Source: an uncultured Peptococcaceae bacterium | Lineage (GTDB): Bacteria > Bacillota > Peptococcia > Peptococcales > Peptococcaceae | Direction: 5' to 3' | Assembly (NCBI GenBank): GCA_947254645.1 | Contig: CAMYDW010000001.1 | Coordinates: 63,433-127,432 of the forward strand | Length of the DNA: 64,000 nucleotides | Part shown: positions 1-10,420 of the stretch, piece by piece | Position numbering within the stretch: the stretch's first letter is position 1 | Layout: every line of letters begins with the position of its first letter | The notes under the pieces: generated by a model | Database searches by the model: none | The model's input: the letters and a program-made list of their open reading frames with translations, nothing else | Told to the model about the DNA's origin: nothing | Position numbers and translations under genes: made by a program

Positions 1-63
1 AAAAAAACACTTCGACTTACCAAACAGAGTATGCTATAGTGAATATATCTTAAAGGAGGCGAT

Positions 64-279
64 TTGATGAATCCGCAACAACAATATGTATGTCCGAAGT
101 GTGGCAATAGACATTTTGAGTCAGACCAATTTCAAGCAACAGGTGGCAACTTGTCAAAGATTTTTAATGTGCAAAACAAAAAATTTGTCACGGTGAGTTG
201 TACTGCTTGTGGCTACACAGAGCTCTATCGTGCAGAAACATCCACAGGGATGAACATTCTCGATTTCTTTATGAACTAA
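64..279 (+). CDS. Small zinc-ribbon protein (two CxxC pairs: CPKCG ... CTACG), YjdC/DUF-type Zn-ribbon nucleic-acid-binding protein
   Basis: 71 aa ORF with a CxxC...CxxC architecture; RBS AAAGGAGG upstream of ATG at 67/64. Confidence 0.6.
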   Translation: MMNPQQQYVCPKCGNRHFESDQFQATGGNLSKIFNVQNKKFVTVSCTACGYTELYRAETSTGMNILDFFMN

Positions 280-403
280 TCCTAGCCGCTCATTGAGGCG
301 ATATTGAGATGAATTTGAAGAAATCAGATTAAAGTATCAAATCCCAAGGGTATATAGTATAATAAGATCAGTTAAAATCATCAGAATCTAGGAGGACAAT
401 AAG

Positions 404-712
404 ATGTCAATTGTTAAAGTAACCAAAGAAAATTTTGGTGCAGAAGTTATTAATAGTGATAAACCAGTATTGGTTGATTTTTGGGCAGAATGGTGTGGCC
501 CTTGCCGTATGGTAGGCCCAATTCTTGAAGAAATCGCTCAAGAACGCCCTGATATTAAAGTTTGCAAAATCAATGTAGACGAAGAACGTGAATTGGCTGG
601 ACAATTTCAAGTGATGAGCATTCCTACTTTAATCGCATTTAAAGATGGCAAAATTGCGAACCAAACCGTTGGTGTATTACCAAAACCACAAATCTTGGAA
701 ATGCTCCAATAA
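404..712 (+). CDS. trxA: Thioredoxin
   Basis: WAEWCGPC active-site motif, 102 aa, RBS AGGAGG 8 nt upstream. Confidence 0.95.
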   Translation: MSIVKVTKENFGAEVINSDKPVLVDFWAEWCGPCRMVGPILEEIAQERPDIKVCKINVDEERELAGQFQVMSIPTLIAFKDGKIANQTVGVLPKPQILEMLQ

Positions 713-726
713 TTAAATACGAAATC

Positions 727-762
727 AAAAATACCATGCATGATGTGCATGGTATTTTTTTT
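727..762. terminator. Bidirectional rho-independent terminator between trxA and tag
   Basis: Hairpin ACCATGCA-TGATG-TGCATGGT flanked by an A-run and a T-run. Confidence 0.7.
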
Positions 763-1321
763 ATTTTCCAGCATAACAATGGCAATGAGGCTCGTGGCCG
801 TTGATGATGCCGATTGCTTGCAAATAGGAGTAGATGGTGATACTGCCGACAAAAGACATGCCTCGTTTTTTGAGGTCTTTTGAGATGGTATCTGAGAGTG
901 GTGAGGTTGTTTTTCCAGTCTCATAACATACAGTATCCTTTGTCCAATGCCATAAATACTTTGCAAAAGAGCCCCATTCTTCTTGAATGGCGAGAAAAAC
1001 ACGGGCGTTTTTGGTGGCAGCTTGTATTTTTCCCTTATGACGGATAATGCCTGCATTGTCTGTCAAGGCTTGGTGTTTTTTAGCATCGTAGTGGGCAATT
1101 TTAGTGGCGTTAAAATCATCGAAGGCCTCGCGAAAAGCGGTGCGTTTATTGAGCACACATTCCCAAGAGAGCCCCGATTGAAAGGTTTCTAAGAGTAATA
1201 TCTCAAATAATAAGTGGTCGTCATAGACAGGCACACCCCATTCAGTATCATGATAGGCCACATATGCCTTGTTGTTAAGATTTACCCAAGCACAGCGCGT
1301 CTTGTGAGAAGGGGACATCAT
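761..1321 (-). CDS. tag: DNA-3-methyladenine glycosylase I
   Basis: Strong Tag-family similarity (HDTEWGVPVYDD, C-terminal HxxxCxC zinc site). Start placed at ATGATG at 1321 behind RBS AAAGGAGGTG; the longer ORF to 1405 is an unsupported extension. Confidence 0.9.
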   Translation of the reverse strand: MMSPSHKTRCAWVNLNNKAYVAYHDTEWGVPVYDDHLLFEILLLETFQSGLSWECVLNKRTAFREAFDDFNATKIAHYDAKKHQALTDNAGIIRHKGKIQAATKNARVFLAIQEEWGSFAKYLWHWTKDTVCYETGKTTSPLSDTISKDLKKRGMSFVGSITIYSYLQAIGIINGHEPHCHCYAGK

Positions 1322-1426
1322 ACAACACCTCCTTTTTTCAGTAGTATAGCACAAAAAAAGAAGAAGCCTCGCGGCTTCTTCAATGTGTGGAAAATATAGA
1401 AGCATACATCTTGCGATGTAGACCTA

Positions 1427-3001
1427 CTACAGTACGACAGCAGTGATATAGGAGAAAGCACAAACGATGATACCGAAAAGCACACAGTATTTCGCTGTTT
1501 TCGCCATGATTTGACCATCTGCCCCTTCAAGACCAATTGCTGCGATAGCAACTGCAATACTTTGTGGAGAAATCAATTTCCCGATTGCCCCACCAGCCAT
1601 GTTTGCAGCGACCAATTGTACTGGGTCTGCGCCAAGAATGCCTGCCACTTCTGCTTGCATTTGTGCAAAAATAATACCAGAAGAGGTGGTAGAACCAGTA
1701 ACGAAGGTCCCAATAATCCCAACAAGTGGTGCAAGAGCAGGATACGCACTGCCTGTTAAATCAGCAAGTAAGGTTGCGATGGAAGAAGTCATGCCACTGT
1801 AGCCCATGACCTTTGCCATTGCCACGATGAAAACGATGGTGACGATGGCTTTCCACATGCCCTTAATTGTTTTAACGAGGACTTTGCCAAGGGTGCCAAC
1901 AGAAGCGCCTTGGAATAGCCCACCAATCACGCCAGCAATAAAGATGAGCAAGGCACCATTGATGTAAGCCAGCTTAATCATCCCTGGATTTTCGCCAGAA
2001 TATACAGTGATTTTTGAAACAAACTGGCCAGCCCAAGCATTGATGCCAGGAACAAGCTTAGAGGTAGCGATGATGAGAACGAGCATTAAAATGTATGGGA
2101 GCCATGCAGTCACATAGCCAAATTTGATGTTTGCCAATTCTTTTTCTTCTTCGTTGGACATTTCCATGATGTAGGCTGGGTCTTCAGTTGGTTTACGTTT
2201 CATAGCAACGAGTACCATCACAATCAAGCTGACGGTACAACCGATGATGTCTACGGTTTCAGCGCCTACATAGTGGCCAACGAGCCATGCAGGAATGACA
2301 TAAGAAAGACCAGCAAGTGCAGTAAAGCCCATCATGCCTTTGAAGGCACCGCTTGCATTTTCAGTTTTTCCAGTCAATGCAACAATGATGAATGGGCTAA
2401 GCAAAGCAGGGATTGCCAACATGTTGATAGCTGGGCCTGCAATGACCAATGGGTCTACGCCAACAAGGGTCGCTGCCGTGGTAGTAGGAATCCCGATAGA
2501 ACCAAAGGTAGGTGGTGCAGCATTTGCCACCAGACAAGCAACAGCAGAGAAAAGTGGATTGAAGCCAAGAGCAACCATCATTGCAGCAGGAATTGCCACT
2601 GCAGTACCGAAGCCTGCAACCCCTTCCATGAAGCCACCAAAGCCCCATGCAAGAATAAGAACCAAGACACGCTTGTCATTGGTAACGGAAGTCAACATCT
2701 TCTTGATGAGATCCATTGCCTTGGTTTCAACACAAAGGTTGTAAGTGAACATAGCAGCGATAATGATGAGACCGATTGGCCAGATGGCTGCAATCGCCCC
2801 TTCTAATGAAGCGGTGAGTGATTCCCCAACCGTCAAGCCAGACAACGTTTCGCTGATGCCTGCGGATTTAAAAATAATACTCTCTACAATAGAAATAACA
2901 AGTGCGATGAGACATCCGATGTAACCAGGCATCTTTAATACCAAGAATGCGACAAAAAGCCAAATAATCGGAAGTAAAGCCAAAATAAAATCTAATACCA
3001 T
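1427..3001 (-). CDS. lctP: L-lactate permease (LctP family)
   Basis: 524 aa polytopic membrane protein with LctP-family sequence character; RBS AAGGAGGGGG before start. Confidence 0.85.
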   Translation of the reverse strand: MVLDFILALLPIIWLFVAFLVLKMPGYIGCLIALVISIVESIIFKSAGISETLSGLTVGESLTASLEGAIAAIWPIGLIIIAAMFTYNLCVETKAMDLIKKMLTSVTNDKRVLVLILAWGFGGFMEGVAGFGTAVAIPAAMMVALGFNPLFSAVACLVANAAPPTFGSIGIPTTTAATLVGVDPLVIAGPAINMLAIPALLSPFIIVALTGKTENASGAFKGMMGFTALAGLSYVIPAWLVGHYVGAETVDIIGCTVSLIVMVLVAMKRKPTEDPAYIMEMSNEEEKELANIKFGYVTAWLPYILMLVLIIATSKLVPGINAWAGQFVSKITVYSGENPGMIKLAYINGALLIFIAGVIGGLFQGASVGTLGKVLVKTIKGMWKAIVTIVFIVAMAKVMGYSGMTSSIATLLADLTGSAYPALAPLVGIIGTFVTGSTTSSGIIFAQMQAEVAGILGADPVQLVAANMAGGAIGKLISPQSIAVAIAAIGLEGADGQIMAKTAKYCVLFGIIVCAFSYITAVVL

Positions 3002-3035
3002 AAAATCCCCCTCCTTAAATTTTTTAAAAGTGTCA

Positions 3036-3232
3036 GACCAATTTTAAAGGGATGAAAATAATGTGAGATAATATCGAGAATCCATGTGCCTTATTTTTAA
3101 TCAGATTAAAAGGCGCAATAAAATTGGTCAGTAGACAGAAATGGGATTGTTTAAATTTTCTGTCTTTAATAGTATTAAACACTGTCATAAAAAATATGTC
3201 AATATAAAAGGCGATAAAATGGTTGACCAATT
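3036..3232. promoter_or_regulatory. Three copies of GACCAATT (3036-3043 direct, 3122-3129 inverted, 3225-3232 direct, the last within AATGGTTGACCAATT) in the lctP / GntR divergent intergenic region; FadR/LldR-type TGGT-N-ACCA operators
   Basis: Repeats read directly from the sequence; LldR/PdhR-type FadR-subfamily regulators bind AATTGGT-N3-ACCAATT-like sites. Confidence 0.55.
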
Positions 3233-3301
3233 CATAATGATGTCTTATATTACTAATTATTCTATGATAAAATATGAGCCGACACGTGAGGAGGAAGACA
3301 A

Positions 3302-3991
3302 GTGACAAGAGAACAAAAGAATGATTATGAAAAACTCATTGACTATGTAGAAGAGCAGCTGGTGGGTAACCAATTAAAAATTGGGGATAAGCTTCCTGCT
3401 GAGCGTGAGCTTTCTGCAATGCTCTCTATTAGCAGAAACTCCGTACGCACAGGTCTATCTGTCCTTGAAGCCATAGGCGTTATCAACAATAAACATGGAA
3501 GTGGCAATTATATCAATGGTGCCTATGATTATAAGCTGACCCAAGTAATGATGATGATGTATGCATTGGATGATATTACCAATCGTGAAGTCAGTGGTTT
3601 GCGCTATGCAGCAGAATTACAGGCGATTATGCTGGCGCCACAAAATATCACAGAACGACAAAAAAGTCTGCTGATGAATTACCTCGATATTATGGAAAAT
3701 AGTCATAGCATGGAGGAACAGACCCATTGCGACAAAATGATTCACCAGACAATTGTAGAAGCCAGTGGCAATCGCTTGATTATTGCCAATTATATGGCCC
3801 TCAATCGTATCTTAGACACTGTCATTGGGGAGGTGCGTCGCAAGGTAAGTAAACAGCCAGCATCCACTTTTGAGGAGTTTCAATTTACGCACCGCCAATT
3901 GGTAGAGTTTGTTTGCCAAGGGGATTATGAAAAAGCCAAAGAGGCCCTTGATAAGCATCTCGAATACATGCTGGCAGAAATTAATACCTAA
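3302..3991 (+). CDS. GntR/FadR-family transcriptional regulator (HTH plus FCD domain), LldR-like, divergent from lctP
   Basis: N-terminal GntR HTH (LPAERELSAMLSISRNSVRTGLSVLEAIGVI) with an all-helical C-terminal domain; GTG start 7 nt after GAGGAGG. Confidence 0.8.
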   Translation: MTREQKNDYEKLIDYVEEQLVGNQLKIGDKLPAERELSAMLSISRNSVRTGLSVLEAIGVINNKHGSGNYINGAYDYKLTQVMMMMYALDDITNREVSGLRYAAELQAIMLAPQNITERQKSLLMNYLDIMENSHSMEEQTHCDKMIHQTIVEASGNRLIIANYMALNRILDTVIGEVRRKVSKQPASTFEEFQFTHRQLVEFVCQGDYEKAKEALDKHLEYMLAEINT

Positions 3992-4080
3992 TGGCTATGA
4001 AAATAGATGGTTTTTCTTTCAAAGATGGGTATAGATAGAGTAAAGGCGCTAGGCCATTTGAGAGAAAGAAGGCTATTGTT

Positions 4081-4626
4081 TTGACAACTATCTATGATTA
4101 TTCAGTGTCGCAAGCAGATGGGACCAGTTTGTCCCTAGAAAGCTTGAAAGGCAAAGTTTTACTTATTGTGAATACTGCCACAGGCTGTGGCTTCACCCCT
4201 CAGTATGAACAGCTTGAAGCCATGTATGAGTCCTATCACGAACAAGGCTTGGAGATTATTGATATTCCTTGTAACCAGTTTGCAGGTCAAGCCCCAGGGA
4301 CCGATACAGAAATTCGTCAATTTTGTTTACTGAAATATCAGACCCAATTTCCACAAATGAAAAAGTCCGATGTGAATGGGGAAAATGCCCTCCCTCTTTA
4401 TGCGTATTTGAAAAGTCAGCAAGGGTTTCAATCCTTGGGTAAAGGATTGAAGGCTTTTTTGATGCGTGGCTTGCTTAAGAAGCAGGACAAAAATTATCGC
4501 GACAATCCTGACATCAAATGGAACTTCACCAAGTTTGTTGTGGATCGACAAGGCAAGGTGGTTGCTCGTTTTGAACCCACGCAGGATATGGCAGCCTTGG
4601 AAGCTTGCGTAAAGTCGTTGCTTTAA
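4081..4626 (+). CDS. Glutathione peroxidase
   Basis: GPx motifs NTATGCGFTPQY and NQFAGQAPG; TTG start. Confidence 0.9.
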   Translation: MTTIYDYSVSQADGTSLSLESLKGKVLLIVNTATGCGFTPQYEQLEAMYESYHEQGLEIIDIPCNQFAGQAPGTDTEIRQFCLLKYQTQFPQMKKSDVNGENALPLYAYLKSQQGFQSLGKGLKAFLMRGLLKKQDKNYRDNPDIKWNFTKFVVDRQGKVVARFEPTQDMAALEACVKSLL

Positions 4627-4633
4627 AAGAAAA

Positions 4634-4680
4634 ACCTCCGTTAAATTCATTTTACAACGAATTTAACGGAGGTTTTTTTT
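4634..4680. terminator. Bidirectional terminator (gpx / DMT transporter)
   Basis: CCTCCGTTAAATTC ... GAATTTAACGGAGG hairpin followed by a T-run. Confidence 0.7.
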
Positions 4681-4690
4681 CTTTGTCGTA

Positions 4691-5608
4691 CTATTTGGAG
4701 TCAGTTGCTAGGCAACTGGTGTTTTTTTGATGGATTTTTTTCTGTAAAGTCAGTGGCTTTTTCTCGAGATATTTTGAGAGAAGAATACTCCCGATAATAA
4801 GAATGGCCCCGAGGATGCCACTCATGGTGATGGTTGTCCCCATGAACAGGGCATCGAGCAGCATAATAACCATGGGTGGAATGGCACAAAGTAGCCCGAC
4901 TCTATCAGCCGTGGTGTAGCGTTGTGCCACTGGCTGAAGGGTGAACCCTAGGATGGTACAAAAGATAACGAGAACGACCACGACACTCCATAATTGAGGA
5001 GTGGCAGGCAATTGAGGTTCTTCAAACAAAAAGGCAAGTGGCAAGGCGAAAAGACCTGTAAAGCCATTTTGTAAGATACCGAGAAGCACAGTGTCATCCT
5101 CTTTGGCAAAGCGATCTGTCAAAAGGATGATGAGTGCTAGAAAAATAGCTGCTAGTAAGGTGACCCACTCTCCTATCCCAAGGGTGAGAGCACCATCCTT
5201 CAGCGTCAACAAACCGATGCCCGCCATGGCCATAAGAGCACAGAAAAGAGCGCTCATATTTGGACGTTTTTTTGTGGTGAAAACAGCGAACAACGGAATA
5301 AGTACAATCGCAGTGCTCTCTAGGAAACAACTGCTGGACGAAGAAATGGTTTTTAAACCAACCAATTCTAAAAACATCATTGTAAAACAAATGCCCCCTA
5401 AGAGCATCCCGTGGAATAATGTGCGTCGATTTAAACGGCGCATTCTTTTATGAAAAATAAGCGCCATTGGCAGGAATGCAAGCAAAAAACGTAGGGATAA
5501 TAAAGTCAATGGTGCTATTTCCGAAATACCTAATTTATTAAATAAAAAAGATGAAGCACGAAGAAGCAGTGCCGTGAAAACCAAAAGTTCTGCGTGTTGT
5601 CTACTCAT
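4691..5608 (-). CDS. DMT-superfamily (EamA-like) transporter
   Basis: 305 aa, about 10 TM segments, duplicated EamA-like halves; RBS AAAGGGGG. Confidence 0.75.
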   Translation of the reverse strand: MSRQHAELLVFTALLLRASSFLFNKLGISEIAPLTLLSLRFLLAFLPMALIFHKRMRRLNRRTLFHGMLLGGICFTMMFLELVGLKTISSSSSCFLESTAIVLIPLFAVFTTKKRPNMSALFCALMAMAGIGLLTLKDGALTLGIGEWVTLLAAIFLALIILLTDRFAKEDDTVLLGILQNGFTGLFALPLAFLFEEPQLPATPQLWSVVVVLVIFCTILGFTLQPVAQRYTTADRVGLLCAIPPMVIMLLDALFMGTTITMSGILGAILIIGSILLSKYLEKKPLTLQKKIHQKNTSCLATDSK

Positions 5609-5716
5609 TTTTACGCCCCCTTTAAAGCATTGTCTTTAGTATAAATTTGGAGTAGAATTGAGTAAAGCGACAGATAATCAAGGTTGATGTGATAAAAGGT
5701 CATAACAGGTGATAAA

Positions 5717-6583
5717 ATGGATACAGAAAAATGTAAAGCGTTGTTAATGGTATTGGAAAAAGGCAATTTGTCCGAGGCTGCAGAGATGTTAGGCTATACC
5801 CCTTCTGGTATGAGCCGTATGATGGCGGCCATGGAAAGAGAAAGTGGTGTTTCTCTGTTGGTCCGTACACGCCACGGGGTGCATGCAACAGCAGAATGCA
5901 AAAAATTATTACCGACTATTAGAGAACTGGCTAAATTGGGTGAAGTCTATGACCGAGAATGTGAGGAAATAAGTGGCTTATTTGTGGGGACGGTGCGGAT
6001 TGCATCGGCTTATGCAAGCTTTTTGCCAGCGATTTCTCTTGCCATTCATGCCTTTACCAAAGATTATCCAGGGGTTAAAATTGAAGCACAGGAGCATTTT
6101 AGTACGGTGCTATTAGAGCGTCTCTCACGCCGTGAGCTGGACATTTGTATTGTCAGTAAACGAGAGGGTGATTTTGACTGGCTGCCCTTAACAGATGATG
6201 ATATGCTGGTGTGGGTGCCCATGAGCTACGAAACCCATGGGGAAGAGGTCTATCCAATTAAGCGTTTTGAAACAGATGCCTTTATAGACATCTGTCCAGG
6301 CAATGAAAGTGATAATGCATTGGTTTTTGAACAATATGGTATCCATCCAAATGCCAAGTATTCTGCACTCACTACCTTTTCGGCGCATGCCCTTGTGGAG
6401 GCTGGCATTGGCGTGACGATGACCAATGGTATTGACGGACAGAATTGGGGCGGCAACGTGAAAACCCTTCGACCTTCTCCACGGATTGTGATTCCAATCG
6501 GGATAGCAAGTCAGCGACAAGAAGAAATGACCCCTGCTGCAAAAAGATTTTTAAGCTATGTACGTGATTATTTAAAGGTCTGA
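5717..6583 (+). CDS. LysR-family transcriptional regulator
   Basis: N-terminal LysR HTH (LSEAAEMLGYTPSGMSRMMAAME) and C-terminal substrate-binding domain; divergent from the DMT transporter. Confidence 0.85.
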   Translation: MDTEKCKALLMVLEKGNLSEAAEMLGYTPSGMSRMMAAMERESGVSLLVRTRHGVHATAECKKLLPTIRELAKLGEVYDRECEEISGLFVGTVRIASAYASFLPAISLAIHAFTKDYPGVKIEAQEHFSTVLLERLSRRELDICIVSKREGDFDWLPLTDDDMLVWVPMSYETHGEEVYPIKRFETDAFIDICPGNESDNALVFEQYGIHPNAKYSALTTFSAHALVEAGIGVTMTNGIDGQNWGGNVKTLRPSPRIVIPIGIASQRQEEMTPAAKRFLSYVRDYLKV

Positions 6584-6611
6584 AGTATATTTAAAAAGAA
6601 AGGTGATTGAT

Positions 6612-7271
6612 GTGACATCCCTCAAGGCTTTGCCTGGCGTTAAAAGATGTTATTTTAAAAAGGGTGACTATCTCATTCGTATGGGCCAACGTATTGACTA
6701 TGTGTACTATCTTGAGAAAGGCCATGTCCACCGTGAAATGGTCAACGAAAATGGAGCCCGTACCTTTTTATCCCAGAAAATCGGTGGACAGTCTATTCAA
6801 TCGATTGTAGGCTTGCTCTCTCTTTATGACGAGCAAGGAAGAGATTTTGCGGATAATGATTTCATTGCCGCAACAGATTGTGTGTGTTATCGTATTCCCT
6901 CTGAAGCATGCAAGGAATTTTTTTTATGCCATCCCAAGCTTTTAGAAAAAGTGGTGTGTACAGCAGTGGCTGTTTCCAACGAGGTGCGACGTGTTTATTT
7001 AACAAAAACAGAGGTGCCTGCTTATGTGCATCTTTGCCAGCTGATTCTCCAGAGCTTGGTGGAGGATGAAACAGACTTGATTTTGCCAAAAGTTTTTACA
7101 AATATTGAAATTGCCAAAAGAGTGACCGCACACAAGGTGACGGTTTCAAGAATGCTAAGGGTATTGCGAGAGGAAGGCGTGATTGAAAAGACGCCAAAGG
7201 GATATCGCATTCTAGATATGGCGGCGTTACAGGCTTACGCCAATGGAAAAAAACGTTTGGTTTATCATTAA
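6612..7271 (+). CDS. Crp/Fnr-family transcriptional regulator (cNMP-binding-like domain plus C-terminal HTH), paralog 1
   Basis: C-terminal HTH IAKRVTAHKVTVSRMLRVLREEGVI; no Fnr-type N-terminal Cys cluster; start may be GTG 6603 or 6612. Confidence 0.75.
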   Translation: MTSLKALPGVKRCYFKKGDYLIRMGQRIDYVYYLEKGHVHREMVNENGARTFLSQKIGGQSIQSIVGLLSLYDEQGRDFADNDFIAATDCVCYRIPSEACKEFFLCHPKLLEKVVCTAVAVSNEVRRVYLTKTEVPAYVHLCQLILQSLVEDETDLILPKVFTNIEIAKRVTAHKVTVSRMLRVLREEGVIEKTPKGYRILDMAALQAYANGKKRLVYH

Positions 7272-7392
7272 TAAGAAAAAAAGACTTTTGAAATTTTTTC
7301 CAAAAGTCTTTTTTTATAAAAAAACACTCTTCAAATTAAGAGCAAATCGTGTTAATCTTTAGAACGGTTAAATGAACCTGTAGGAGGTAAAG

Positions 7393-8700
7393 GTGAAAAA
7401 ACTAGTCGTTTTAATACTAATGGTGGGGCTATTAATGCCAAGCCAATATATCGCTGCTGATGAACTCATGGATTTGACACACAAGGCAGGCTACAAAGAT
7501 GCCAAAATGATCAATAGACCAAAGTCGTCAATTGTTATTGATGGTAAAACAGGGGATATTCTTTGGCAGGACAACGTGGATGAAATTCGAGATCCTGCAA
7601 GTATGAGTAAGGTTTTGGCGCTCTACTTGGTTTTTGAAGCAATGGCAGAGGGCAAATTCTCGCCAGATACCATTGTCACAGCCACGCCGGAGGATCAGGC
7701 CATTGCAAAAATTCATAGAATTAGCAATAACAATATTGTTGCTGGTGTGAATTATACGGTGTCAGAATTGATTACAGCAGCGGTGGTGCCATCTTCCAAT
7801 GCAGCGACTTTAATGTTGGCGCGCTTGGTAGAAGAAGATCCAGACCTCTTTCTTGATAAGATGAATGCAAAAGCAAAAGAATTGGGCATGACCAATTCCC
7901 ATTTTTATAATGCCAGTGGTGCAATGGCATGGGCGTTTGATGGCTATTACAAGCCAAAACGCTATGATAATTATCGCAATAATGAAACCACTGCACGTGA
8001 TTATGCGATTTTAACCTATCATTTTCTCAAGGATTATCCAGATATTTTAAAATACAGTGGGGAGTCCACTGTAAAGATCAAGGAAGGGACTCCTTATGAG
8101 GAAAGCTTCGACTCCTATAATTATTCTTTGCCAAATGGCGAATATGGCATCAAAGGGGTAACAGGGCTTAAAACGGGGTCTAGTCCAACAGCGGCTTTCA
8201 ATTTGACTGCCACAGCGAAACGTGGCGAGCAAGAAATTATTGCCGTTATTATGGGTGTCGGGGATTGGTCAGACCAAGGTGGAGAATATTATCGTCACCC
8301 CTTTGCCAATGCCCTGATGGAAAAAGCCTTTGCCGATTATGATTATAAAAAGGTCATCGAAAAGGGTGTTCAACGTATTGGTGACAAAAAGGTCAATGCT
8401 CAAAAGGATGTATATGCAACCGTTTCTGTGGATAAAGCCCCACAAATGCTAGTGAAAGAGGAGCAGCTGGTGATTGACAATGGCTTGAAAAATGTTTCGC
8501 CAATGATCGAAAAAGAGCAACAAGCCATCCTCGACCATGACGTTAGTGTGTCCGATGAATCTGCCACTTCTGCTAAAAAATCAGGGGCCTCAGATCAAGG
8601 AGAGCATGTAAGGAATATTCTTATCACTGGTGGGCTGATTGTTTTGGTTTTTGCAGGTCTGGTAATCATGAATAAGCTGCGCCATTTATTCAAAAAATAA
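7393..8700 (+). CDS. Serine-type D-Ala-D-Ala carboxypeptidase (PBP5/DacA-like) with C-terminal membrane anchor
   Basis: Signal peptide, SMSK (SxxK) active-site motif, SxN and KTG elements, C-terminal TM helix. Confidence 0.85.
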   Translation: MKKLVVLILMVGLLMPSQYIAADELMDLTHKAGYKDAKMINRPKSSIVIDGKTGDILWQDNVDEIRDPASMSKVLALYLVFEAMAEGKFSPDTIVTATPEDQAIAKIHRISNNNIVAGVNYTVSELITAAVVPSSNAATLMLARLVEEDPDLFLDKMNAKAKELGMTNSHFYNASGAMAWAFDGYYKPKRYDNYRNNETTARDYAILTYHFLKDYPDILKYSGESTVKIKEGTPYEESFDSYNYSLPNGEYGIKGVTGLKTGSSPTAAFNLTATAKRGEQEIIAVIMGVGDWSDQGGEYYRHPFANALMEKAFADYDYKKVIEKGVQRIGDKKVNAQKDVYATVSVDKAPQMLVKEEQLVIDNGLKNVSPMIEKEQQAILDHDVSVSDESATSAKKSGASDQGEHVRNILITGGLIVLVFAGLVIMNKLRHLFKK

Positions 8701-8873
8701 TAACTTAGAAAGTGCGCGTTGTTTTATCTATAAATGTCAGTATGGATCATACTGGCATTTATTTTTTTGTTAAAAGAAAATAAAAAAGCGCAAAAAGATA
8801 ACGAATGTTATCATGAAAGTGACACTTAATATATAAAATTAAATTATGTTAAAAATAAGAAAAGGGGGAGAGC

Positions 8874-10283
8874 ATGATGTCTCAAAAAAACATTGTGGCA
8901 CTTGGGCGTACGAAGAATGAGCTGGTGAAGTTGTTCATCACTGTATTCTTGCCGCTATGCTTCTTTTTTGTGCCAGTCAATGACAGTTTTACACCACAAA
9001 TTCGTTTATTCTTTGTTATTACTTTAATTGCAATTATTTCATTTGCGACCGATTCATTGCCACAAATGGGGGTGGCGTTATCCTTACCAATCATTTATGT
9101 ATTGACGGGACTTGCACCAGGACAGGTTGCTTTTGCACCATGGCTTGGTAGCATTCCATGGATGATGATTGGTGGCTTAATGCTCGCTTTGGTGCTTGAA
9201 AAAACAGGGCTTTTAAAGCGTATTGCATTCCTTTGTATTTTAGCAACGGGTGCAAGCTACAAGGGTATTATTTGGGGAATCACCATTGCAGGCGTGATCA
9301 TCAATATCATGATTCCAGGGAAAGGCGTTATTCCAATGGCTGCCTTATCCTATGGGATTTGCAAAGCCCTTGATTTAAAACCTGGGAAAGCATCTGGCGG
9401 TATCACCCTCGCAGCAGCGATGGGGTCTATTATGCCAATTCTTTATCTCTTTGCACCAGGGGGCATCATGATTCCATTGGGCATTGGGGCTTCTGCTGGC
9501 GGACCAAAAACCGTTGGCTGGTTGGAAATATTTACCAATAACGTGCCAATGGTATTCTATACTGTTTTGATGGCTTTTGTTGTGACCTTGATGTTCAAAC
9601 CAGAAAAGCCAATCTCTGGGAAGGATTATTTTCAAAATGAACTCTCTGCCATGGGGAGTATGAGCTTTGATGAAAAGAAATCCTTGTTTGTTACATTGAT
9701 TTTGATTACCTTCTTGGCAACAGGCAAGCTGCATGGTATTGATGCTGGCTGGGGTTTTGCCTTTATTCCTTGCCTATTCTTCCTACCAGGGATGGACTTG
9801 GTAGAAAACAAGGATTTGCCAAAAATGAACTGGGGCTTTATCTTCTTTATCACTGCCTGCCTTTCTATTGGGAATGTTGCTGGGGCAATGGGTATTGGGA
9901 AGATGATTGCTGCTTGGGCATTGCCACTGCTTGAAGGTAGAAGCTTCTATGTATTTTATCTCTTTGTTTGGTTGTTATTCTTTGTGATGAACTTCTTGAT
10001 GACGCCATTGGCAATGTTGGCGGCCTTTACCCAGCCACTTACAGAAATTGCCATCAGCTTGAATATTAATCCAATGACGTTGTACTACGTTATTTTAAAT
10101 GGCGCAGACCAAATTCTTTTGCCATATGAATATGCGCTTTATCTGATTTTCTTCTCCTTTGGTATGGTGAGGGTATCAGACTTTGCGAAACTGATGAGTG
10201 TCAAGGTGGTTGTCAACTTTGCACTGGTCTTTGGCTTGTTAATCCCTTATTGGAATTTGATTGGGCTTATTCCAATGCCATAA
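8874..10283 (+). CDS. Ion-transporter-superfamily permease (YfcC/DcuC/AbgT-like), paralog A
   Basis: 469 aa polytopic protein with hairpin-loop-like motifs; paralogous to the ORF at 14698-16176. Confidence 0.6.
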   Translation: MMSQKNIVALGRTKNELVKLFITVFLPLCFFFVPVNDSFTPQIRLFFVITLIAIISFATDSLPQMGVALSLPIIYVLTGLAPGQVAFAPWLGSIPWMMIGGLMLALVLEKTGLLKRIAFLCILATGASYKGIIWGITIAGVIINIMIPGKGVIPMAALSYGICKALDLKPGKASGGITLAAAMGSIMPILYLFAPGGIMIPLGIGASAGGPKTVGWLEIFTNNVPMVFYTVLMAFVVTLMFKPEKPISGKDYFQNELSAMGSMSFDEKKSLFVTLILITFLATGKLHGIDAGWGFAFIPCLFFLPGMDLVENKDLPKMNWGFIFFITACLSIGNVAGAMGIGKMIAAWALPLLEGRSFYVFYLFVWLLFFVMNFLMTPLAMLAAFTQPLTEIAISLNINPMTLYYVILNGADQILLPYEYALYLIFFSFGMVRVSDFAKLMSVKVVVNFALVFGLLIPYWNLIGLIPMP

Positions 10284-10420
10284 TTTTCCCTAAAAAACAC
10301 CGTGTGTCAGGGAGCACACGGTGTTTTTTTTGCATAAATGACGGTAGTGGTTTATTTTAACATGGGGTTATGGTATGCTAACTATTGGCATTCAACAATC
10401 TAGCGCCAAAGGAGGATACA

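Noticed and set aside
761-1405. Longer tag ORF starting at 1405
   Set aside because: The first 28 codons lack an RBS and are not Tag-like. The ATG at 1321 has a perfect AAAGGAGGTG RBS.
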